From: Bacillota bacterium
GTDB lineage: Bacteria > Bacillota > Desulfotomaculia > Desulfotomaculales > UBA12532
Direction: 5' to 3'
DNA length: 64,000 bases
NCBI GenBank assembly: GCA_040751815.1
Contig: JBFMHQ010000004.1
Location: 12,756 to 76,755, forward strand
Shown: positions 51,069 through 59,000 of the stretch, piece after piece
Numbering within the stretch: the first letter of the stretch is position 1
How the letters are laid out: every line of letters begins with the position of its first letter
The notes under the pieces: model-generated
The model's database searches: none
Told to the model about the DNA's origin: nothing
The model's input: only the letters and a program-made list of their open reading frames with translations
Program-made: the position numbers and the translations under genes

Positions 51069-51280
51069 CGCGGGCAGCCCGGGCGGCGGCTTCCCGGCGG
51101 GGCGCGCGAATACGTGCTGGACGGCCTGGCGGTGGCCGCGCGCGAGGACGCCGGCGGGATCATCGTGGTTTTGACCTGCCAGGGGGACCGCGAGTGGGTC
51201 AAGTGGCGGTGGCGGCAGGAGGTGCGGCGACGGTGGTCGCGCAAGGCTTTAGCGGCACTGTAGCCGGTTTCAGCAGGTGA

Positions 51281-51607
51281 GTACTTTGCGAGTATGCGAT
51301 TTTCGTCCCCGCGTCCTGGGGGAAAGAAGCGGTCAGGAACCTGCGGCGCGACCCCAGGTCAAGGGCGGTCCCCGTCGTAGTCGTGGGCGGCGGCCGGGAG
51401 TTCGTGCACGCCGGCGCGGACAGGTGCGTCGGGCGAATTACAGACGCGTTGGTGGATGAGGTTGCCGCCCTGGCGGACCGGCTGCGCTCTCTGTGGGAGA
51501 GGGCGGAGACGGACCCGCTCACCGGTTTGTACACCCGCGGCTTCTGGGACGTCTGGCTTCAGGAGCAAGTACGGTTGGGAAGGCGCCAGGAAAGGGGGGT
51601 TCCCAAG
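51281..51607 (+). pseudogene. response-regulator diguanylate cyclase (REC-GGDEF) remnant
   Basis: Frame open from 51281: ...KEAVRNLRRDPRSRAVPVVVVGGGREFVHAGADRCVG (end of a REC domain), a linker, then ETDPLTGLYTRGFW (start of a GGDEF domain). It then breaks off. No REC N-terminus and no GGDEF active site. Confidence 0.5.
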
Positions 51608-51772
51608 TTGAGCAAGCTCGTGCGGATACTCCGCGAGAAGCGCGGGCCCACCTTGGTCGAGTGGGCCGCCCTGGGGGTGCTCATCATCCTGGCGGTCTGG
51701 GCGGCGACCCAGGCGCTGGGCGTGAGCATCGGCGGCGTATTCCAGGACATCACAGGAAGGTTGGGACATTGA
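51608..51772 (+). CDS. Flp/Fap-family type IVb pilin (orphan)
   Basis: TTG 51608 (or GTG 51620) follows GGGGGG. MSKLVRILREKRG/PTLVEWAALGVLIILAVWAATQALG matches the Flp G/xxxxE(Y/W) cleavage motif plus hydrophobic helix. Confidence 0.6.
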   Translation: MSKLVRILREKRGPTLVEWAALGVLIILAVWAATQALGVSIGGVFQDITGRLGH

Positions 51773-51779
51773 CTGTGGC

Positions 51780-51808
51780 GCCGGGGGGGAGCCCCGGCAT
51801 TTTTATTT
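51780..51808 (+). terminator. rho-independent terminator after the Flp gene
   Basis: GCCGGGG-gggag-CCCCGGC followed by ATTTTTATTT. Confidence 0.65.
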
Positions 51809-51912
51809 GAGATGCAAAAACCGTATGTTAATTAGCGAACGACAATACTTCCATTCCACTCCCGACCGGCGCCCCGAAGAATGCCGAATGCTTTCGTGGA
51901 AATTTTCGACGA

Positions 51913-53709
51913 TCACAACGGCCCGATTCCGGGGCCCACGGCATTCGAAGGCGGAGAAACACCGTAGGCGTTGTAGGCTCTGACACGATAAACGTGCAGG
52001 TACCAGGCGTACGGGGGAGAATCTTCGTACGCGGTAACGTTTGGGCCTACCCGTGCTATTTCGGTGAAGCTTGCAGAAACGTCTTGCCGTTCGATAATGA
52101 AACCATCTTCGTTGGTGGAGTTATCGTCCCAGGTTAGCCTGATTCTCCCTTCTGGCAATACTTCGGCCACGAGATTTGATGGGGCGTTGGGAATGCTGGG
52201 GGTGGTGGCCGTCGATACGTTGGAATAGTCCGAGGTAGCCGCGGCCTTATAGGCACGGACGCGGTAGGTGTAGGTGGTGCCCGGGTGCAGGCCGGTGTCC
52301 ACGTAACTCGTAACGTTGGCAGGGACACTTGCGATTTCAACGAAGTTCAGGGAACTCGCGGTGCGCCTTTCGATGCGGAACCCGTCTTCATGGAGCGAGT
52401 TATCCCGCCAGGTCAGCTTGACCTCGGTGGCCGCGATGGCCGTGGCAACCAAGTTCGAAGGTGGTTCGAGAACGATTGGCGTCGTAACCGTCGCTTCGTT
52501 CGAATAGCCTGAGGTCCCTGCGGCATTAAAGGCCAGAATGCGGTAGGTATAAGTGGTATTGCCCTCGACGGCACGGTCTGTGTAACTCGTGGCTTGCCCG
52601 ATCAGGGTGGCCACCCGCAGGAATGCCCCGGCCAGCCCTGCCCGGCGTTCAATAACAAATCCGTCCGCGCCGCTTCCGTTGGTTATCCAGGTGAGGTCCA
52701 CCTGGCCCGGCACTACGGCGGCAGCCGCCAGACCTGACGGATCTGGCGGAACATTCACCGGGAAGGTGGCCCGCACATCGATAATCGTCATCATGCCGCC
52801 CGGGTACTCATCGCTGTTGACGAGGTGCAGCAGTTCCCGGTCGTAAAGGTATTGCTCTCCCGCCGGAGGGGTATATACCAGGTCGCACGTCTGGCCCGGC
52901 CCTATGGTGACGGCGTTTTTGAGATAGCTGGCGTCCAACAGAGCGTTACGGCGGGGCCAGGCGTCCTCGGCGATTACACGCGCGGGTCCCCCGGCTATGG
53001 CCAGGGTATGGGGCAGGAAGCCGGCGTTGATCACACGCAGCAGGACTCTGGCGCCGGAAAGCACGTGGACACGGGCGGTAAGCGGTTGGGTGGACGTGTA
53101 GGGCGGCGCTATACAGTCTGGGAAGGGACGCCCGTTGATCAGCCAGTACCGGGGCGCGTAGCCGAGCGGATTGTAGGGGGTGCCGGCGGGAATGATGTCG
53201 TGCGCCGCGGGATCCAGTTCACTCAGGATTATCAAGGCCTCAACATCGTAACCACTGCCGGTGTCAGCACCGTACGCGGTGCGCAGGGATGGATCTGCGC
53301 CGTCATAGTCGGCCGGCCTCACAATCAGTGCGCCGTACAGACCCATCTGGACCTGCCGTTCGGGGCCGGTCCCCCCTTCGTAGCGGAAGGTTCCGGGGCG
53401 GGAGACAGGGAAGCTGTAGACCACACTCCTCCCGGGATCCGCAGGACGGTCCAGGGAGATTAGCCGGCCTTCGCCGTCGAGGACCGGATCCGGGGTAAGG
53501 TCCTGTCCCGGAAAGATGAGGCACACGGGTTCGTTTAATCTGTTGTGCAGCGTAATCTCTACCGTGTCCCCCACGCGGGCTTCAATGACCGGCCCGGGCA
53601 GTTGTGGTGCCGCGGTCGGATTTGTGGCGATGCCCCAAAACACTGTGGGAACACCGCCGGGCAAGGAGGCGATACCGGGGCGTACCCAGAACTGTTTTCG
53701 TACCAGCAT
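51913..53709 (-). CDS. two-cupredoxin-domain multicopper-oxidase-like protein lacking all copper ligands, fused to three fibronectin type III domains
   Basis: Paralogous to the next two genes (QLPGPVI, RQVQMGLYGALIVRPA, RYWLINGR, PGGMMT). The ligand positions read EGG, PHTLAIAG and LLHLVN. The C-terminal approx. 290 aa contain 3 repeats of the L.W......DGF.IER........Y.D..L...T.Y.YRV.A.N form. Confidence 0.8.
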   Translation of the reverse strand: MLVRKQFWVRPGIASLPGGVPTVFWGIATNPTAAPQLPGPVIEARVGDTVEITLHNRLNEPVCLIFPGQDLTPDPVLDGEGRLISLDRPADPGRSVVYSFPVSRPGTFRYEGGTGPERQVQMGLYGALIVRPADYDGADPSLRTAYGADTGSGYDVEALIILSELDPAAHDIIPAGTPYNPLGYAPRYWLINGRPFPDCIAPPYTSTQPLTARVHVLSGARVLLRVINAGFLPHTLAIAGGPARVIAEDAWPRRNALLDASYLKNAVTIGPGQTCDLVYTPPAGEQYLYDRELLHLVNSDEYPGGMMTIIDVRATFPVNVPPDPSGLAAAAVVPGQVDLTWITNGSGADGFVIERRAGLAGAFLRVATLIGQATSYTDRAVEGNTTYTYRILAFNAAGTSGYSNEATVTTPIVLEPPSNLVATAIAATEVKLTWRDNSLHEDGFRIERRTASSLNFVEIASVPANVTSYVDTGLHPGTTYTYRVRAYKAAATSDYSNVSTATTPSIPNAPSNLVAEVLPEGRIRLTWDDNSTNEDGFIIERQDVSASFTEIARVGPNVTAYEDSPPYAWYLHVYRVRAYNAYGVSPPSNAVGPGIGPL

Positions 53710-53713
53710 GGTC

Positions 53714-54949
53714 TCATCTCCTCTCCCCGGAGGGAGTCTTTTGCGAACGGAGCAAGCCCGTGTGGGGGCCGAGGCTTCCGGTAGGAAAAATGCCGATCAT
53801 GGTCATCATGCCGCCGGGAAACTTACCCCAGTTGGTGATCTGCGGTTCTTGGTGGGAGTGGAGCATAAAGTAGTACTCGCCCATTGTGTTGAAGGATGTT
53901 ACGCCTACAGGTATATCGCTCTTTATCCCCAGGTAGGGGCTGCCGCTCCACATCGTCCACCCTGCGCCCCCGATGGTCTGGTTGCGAGGGTTGGGAAGTA
54001 ACGTCGGGATGGGGTTCGTTACCGGATCGTAGCCCAAACCGTGCCATTCGAAGATCTGATCGTAAGTCTGGCCGCAGCCGACCAGCACCGTGAAGTGCTT
54101 GTGAGATAAGTCCTGCGTGCCGTTCCTCAGCAGCCGGCCGTCCGTTGCGACGACCCGGGTATGGTTGCCGTGAGGGTGCAGGGGGTGGTTGTCGACGCCC
54201 GCGCCGGCGTAGCGCAGGAGCACCTTTTCGCCCGGCTCCGCCATGATCATTGACCCGTATGGCTGCTGGGGAAGGTAGCCTGCCCCGTCGGGAAACATCG
54301 TATCGGGGGCACAGCGTCCGTTGATCGTCCAGTAGCGCGGCCTGTACGTGCCGGCCAGGAAGGGTTGCCCCAGTCGGACGGCCTCGTGCAGCAGCGGGTC
54401 GATCTCCCCGAGTACCAGAAGGTATTCGCGGTCGAATTCCGTTTCCGTTCCCGTCCCGTATGCCGTCCAGGTCGTCCGGTCCACGGGATCAAACCCGGCC
54501 GGGCGGACGATAATAACGCCATACAGGCCCATCTGCACCTGGCGGTGCATGGCCGTTCCGCTGTAATACAGGTAGGTTCCCGGGTTGAGTGCCGTGAAAC
54601 GGTAGGTCACCGTGCCGCCGGGAGGTGCGTAATCGGTGAGCGATATCAGGCGTCCGTTTGCGTACACGGGTTTAACGGGTGCGGTGCCGCTCTCGCTTGC
54701 GTTGAGCACCCCGCTCTGACCGGGGAACAAGATGGAGACGTTTTCGGGAAGCTCGTTGGTCAGCTTAACGGTAATCGTATCGCCCTGGTTAACCACGATC
54801 AATGGGCCCGGGAGTTGCGCCGGCCTCTCAGGCTGGTCCGTGTAACCCCATATGTAGATGCTTGCGCCGTCCGGGGTAATAATGTAACCCTCAGTGGCGC
54901 GCAGGTTGACGGTCACCGCCGTGCTTGCCTGGACAACCTCGGTTTGCAT
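53714..54949 (-). CDS. two-domain multicopper-oxidase-like protein retaining only the domain-2 trinuclear-site histidines
   Basis: Domain 1 motifs lost (VSILFPGQ; YLYYSGTAMH). Domain 2 keeps NHPLHPHGNH (54161-54190) and LHSHQ (53852-53860), with Ser in place of the T1 Cys. Confidence 0.8.
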   Translation of the reverse strand: MQTEVVQASTAVTVNLRATEGYIITPDGASIYIWGYTDQPERPAQLPGPLIVVNQGDTITVKLTNELPENVSILFPGQSGVLNASESGTAPVKPVYANGRLISLTDYAPPGGTVTYRFTALNPGTYLYYSGTAMHRQVQMGLYGVIIVRPAGFDPVDRTTWTAYGTGTETEFDREYLLVLGEIDPLLHEAVRLGQPFLAGTYRPRYWTINGRCAPDTMFPDGAGYLPQQPYGSMIMAEPGEKVLLRYAGAGVDNHPLHPHGNHTRVVATDGRLLRNGTQDLSHKHFTVLVGCGQTYDQIFEWHGLGYDPVTNPIPTLLPNPRNQTIGGAGWTMWSGSPYLGIKSDIPVGVTSFNTMGEYYFMLHSHQEPQITNWGKFPGGMMTMIGIFPTGSLGPHTGLLRSQKTPSGERR

Positions 54950-54967
54950 AGCATCTTCCTCCTCATC

Positions 54968-56002
54968 TTATAGCCCTGGCCCGGCCTGCGGCGGCAGGGT
55001 ACCGGCGCTTATCTCAACGTACGTCATCATCCCGCCCGGAGAAATTCCTGCATTGTTGTTTTTGTGATAACCCCTGTTGAACAACGGATAAACCCCGGGT
55101 TGCTGTGGTTCGATGATGGCGTCAACGGTCTGCCCGGCGCCGAAGTAAAGCACGTCGCGCCGGTGCGACAGGTCCTCACCGTTAAGGCCGCGCAGCAGCT
55201 GGGCATCGCGCGCGACGATTTTCATGGGCAGCCCGAGGATGGTGATGGCGTGCTGCTCATAGCCGAGGTTGACAAACCGTAAAAGCACCTTTTCCCCGGC
55301 GTTGGCCCGTATCAAGCACGGGTAGGGTTGCTGCGCCAAATCGCCTCGGGGTGTTATATCTGTGGTGTCCGGGTAAGCGCGGCCGTTGATCAACCAGTAA
55401 GCCGGGCGGTACTCGGTCCAGTCGTATTCCTGGGCGTTGAGGGTTTGCGTATGGGCCGAAGGGTCAAGTTCCGTGAGAACGAGAAAGTACTCCCGGTCAA
55501 AGGCCGTTCCCGTACCGGCCCCGTAGGCCGTCTTGAGCTGGGGATCTGCGGGATTATAGTCGGCGGGGCGGGCGATTAAGGGCCCGATCATGCCCATCTG
55601 AATATGTTCCACCGGCTCGAAGTGGCAATGGTACATGTAAGTGCCGGGATCCCTGGGTTCGTAGTAGTAAACGAAGTTGCGGCCTACGGGCACGGCAAAC
55701 GACGCCTCGGGCACCCCGTCCCAGAGCGGGATCTGGTTGCGAAAGCCGTGCCAGTGGATGGTATGTGAATCGTCAAGGTCCGGGCGCTGCGGCGTTCCCA
55801 GGTTGGTTAGAGTCAATTCCACCCTCCAACCAACCGCAACGTCCAGGAGCGGGGCTGGCAGCTGGGCCTTGCCCCGGTATCCGAATATCTCGTTTTCGGG
55901 GATTCCCGTTAGGTCGACAAAACCGAAAATGTAATGTGTCGAGCCGTCGGGCATCCTGATAAAGCCGTCGGTTGCCCCGTAACGCAGCTGAACGAGTGGC
56001 AC
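54968..56002 (-). CDS. two-domain multicopper-oxidase-like protein retaining only domain-1 copper ligands (HWHG, HCH....H..M)
   Basis: HTIHWHGF (55745-55756) and YMYHCHFEPVEHIQMGM (HCH at 55622-55630). Domain 2 has no HxH motifs (YEQHAITILG; GYHKNNNAG). Confidence 0.8.
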   Translation of the reverse strand: MPLVQLRYGATDGFIRMPDGSTHYIFGFVDLTGIPENEIFGYRGKAQLPAPLLDVAVGWRVELTLTNLGTPQRPDLDDSHTIHWHGFRNQIPLWDGVPEASFAVPVGRNFVYYYEPRDPGTYMYHCHFEPVEHIQMGMIGPLIARPADYNPADPQLKTAYGAGTGTAFDREYFLVLTELDPSAHTQTLNAQEYDWTEYRPAYWLINGRAYPDTTDITPRGDLAQQPYPCLIRANAGEKVLLRFVNLGYEQHAITILGLPMKIVARDAQLLRGLNGEDLSHRRDVLYFGAGQTVDAIIEPQQPGVYPLFNRGYHKNNNAGISPGGMMTYVEISAGTLPPQAGPGL

Positions 56003-56047
56003 CAGAATACCCCCTTCCCTATTGACATAGAGGGTCTTTCCTGCCCC

Positions 56048-59000
56048 CTAACGGGCTTCGCAGGCGCCGATATCCACCGTTGGCCCCTGCGGCCTCGGCT
56101 TACCGTCGTGGTCGGTATCGGGCGCGTTGAAGGTCTCGCTGCCAACGGTTAGAGTAGAGGCGCCCCGGTCGATGACCGGCGAGTCAGGGTTGAGGTGGTA
56201 GTCGCCCTGGACTTCGGGGACGGCGGTGACGATCTTCACGGTCTTGAAATCCGGTTCCATGTTAAAGGCCACCGCGGTAACGGCGGTATCGTACGCGGCG
56301 ACAAAGGACGGGTCGCCGATAACGTTGGTAGGGTCGGGAGCGCCGTAAGGTTTGGAGAGGCTGCAGTATACCGGGCTGAACACCTCCGGTGTCGGGGTGC
56401 CGAAGACCTCGAGGTCAACGACGTTTATCGGTGTGGCGTCCCCTGTGGCACCGATACCGACAATGCCGCCGCGCCCTTCATTGGCGGTCTGGTCGTACCA
56501 ACCGGCGCGGTTATCCCAGAAGATGTTGTTAAAGAGGACGGGGTTGCTGAAGGGCGGGGAGCCCGGTGGCAAAATGGTCCTGAAAGCGGCGCTGTGCGCC
56601 TCGCTGACCAGGCCGGCCCCGTGCGGCCGGCCGTCGCTGTCTTCGGCCGTAGCCGTGGTGATGTTCTTGGCGATGGTGTTGTTGTAAATAACCACGTTGG
56701 ATGCGTCGTCCAGGGCAATGCCGCCCCCGAGGTCGGTCGAAACGTTGTTGGTGATGATATTGTTGTAAATGTTGATGCGGAAAGTACCCGGTTGCAGCAG
56801 GCGGATGCCGCCCCCGTCGTCGTTGGCCAGGTTGCCTTGGATGAGGTTGTTGTAGATGTCTACCGCCCCGGAACCGGGAGTGAAGGCATCAGGGGCCGCC
56901 GGCTGTTCGCCCCCGACGAAGATCCCTCCTCCTTCGTCAAAGGAGGCGTTGAAAAGGAACCTGTTATGGTAGATGCGCCCGCCGTGGCTGAGGCCGTAGT
57001 GGGACAGACCGCCACCGTATTCGGCGGAGTAGTTGCCGCAGACCTCGTTATGGTCGAACTCGTAGCCGTGGGCTCCGGAGAAAATCCCCACGCCACCGGC
57101 CAGGCTTATGCCGCCGTTGTTAAGGATCCGGTTGTGGTGGATGCGTACCCCGTCGTTGGCGTTATCGCCGGCATAGGGTCTGCCGATAGTGATCGCTCCC
57201 CCGAACCCGCCGCCGTTGCTTTGAATGGTATTGTTGCTAATTTCCAGGTACCGGCAATAGGCATTGACAAAAATCCCGCCGCCTTCTTCGCCTCTGGCGC
57301 CGGTGATGGTAAAGCCGTCGATTTGCGTCCGGAAGGCGGCGCCGAAATCCCCATCTCTGGCTACGACCGTGATCACCTGTCCGCGGGGTATTTCCTGGGA
57401 CCCGTCGAAGGTCAGCGAGGCGAGTTTGGTTTCCCAGGACCGTTGGTAGCTGGCGAAAAAGCGGCCGTCCAGTTTCGTTGCCTCGGGGCCCATTCCCTGC
57501 AGCTTTATGTTCTTGTAGACGATAGGGCTTTCGTAATAGACGCCGGGGTAGACGACAACCAGTGCTCCCGGGGGTGCAGCGTCGATGGCCGCCTGGATGG
57601 TTGTCGCGGGCGTTGCGTCGTAAATCGGGGGGCTATATCCGCCGCCCAGAACGTGTATCGTAATACCCTGCGTGCCGGAGATGCCGGCAGCGGTGGTCAC
57701 GACGAGTTGGGCCGGGCCGGCAGGAAAGTTTCTGGGGATGCGCACGGCAATGAGCGTATCGCTCCAGTACAACACGGGGATGGGCACGTTGTTGAGAAAA
57801 ACCGTTCCCCGGGTCCGGCCGAAGTTGCGCCCCCTGATATTTATCCTGCGGTTACCGGTTGGAGTGACGTAGACTCGGTTGACGCTCCCGACCTGTGGGA
57901 TCGCGGTGGTTTGGCAGACCGGCGGCCGGGAGAACTGTGCTCCCGGAATTCCCACGAAGGCCGTTATGGGGAAGAGGGCTACGTCGGCATACGTGGTTTT
58001 GCCGGGCCACACGTCGAAAACCATTTTCAGCGTCTGGTAGTTGGGGTTATAGTTCGCGTTGGGCCTGTCGGGATCGCCCGGGTCGTTGCCGACGATCTGG
58101 TACATTCCCGGCGCCACACCGGAGGGGGTTGGTACGTTGGCCGTATAGGTCGAAGGGAGGAGTACTTCGAAAACACCGTTGGCATCCGAATGAACCGTTT
58201 TGATCAGTTTTCCGGTATAATCCCGGATGCCGACCGGCGTGTGCGGGATGCCGCGCTTTTCGCCGTAATAGATAAAGGCAGGATCGGTCTCAAGGTTCAC
58301 GTCGTCCAGGAGGAACCCGACGATGCGGCCGGGCACCGGAACGTCTGTGTACAGGAAGAAGTCGGCCACCGCGTTTTGGCCGTATTTCACGGTTACGATT
58401 TTCGTGTCCCTGGTGTCGCCGTAATAGGGGGGCGGGGCCGTTTGGGCCACAAACTCATCACCCTCGTCTGTATTGACGCTTGTGGCGCTAAGAACCTTGT
58501 AGAGCGGTCTGGGCCGTCCCTCCACCGGATTGTACGGATCGGCGGGTGGTACAACCTGCACCAGGTAGGTCCCGGGGAGAAGCGGTTTTTCAACTGCCCC
58601 CGGGGCGCCGTAATAGGGGTCGAACCAGGTGTTGAACGCGTAACCGCCGTCAAAGGCGCCTTCCTTAATTTGATTGGAGCTATGCGGAACTTCAAGGCAG
58701 TTCGGGTCGGGGGTGCCGTCGGGCCTTACGCACCCGGCAGGATGCTGCCAGGCGTCGGTTTGTACGCTATTAATGAGGGTCTTTGTGCCGTCCTCGTTCA
58801 AGCGGTACAGGTTGACGGTGACGTTCGGGATGCCGGGTTCGTACTCTTCGGCTACGGCGTAGCGGGGGTCGAGCTCGTTGCGCATCGTCGCGTAGTAGAC
58901 AACCCCCGAGATACCCCCGTGGATCACATCGTCTGCCGTTCCAACCGTTCCGTCCGGCCCCGGCAGGGGGTATTCCCACATTCCCCAGTCGATACGGTTC

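Noticed and set aside
51069-51262. In-frame continuation after the TAG at 51066 (…EYVLDGLAVAAREDAGGIIVVLTCQGDREWVKWRW…)
   Set aside because: It reads like protein but has no start codon context and no identifiable family. It is probably further pseudogene debris between the small ORFs and the REC-GGDEF remnant.
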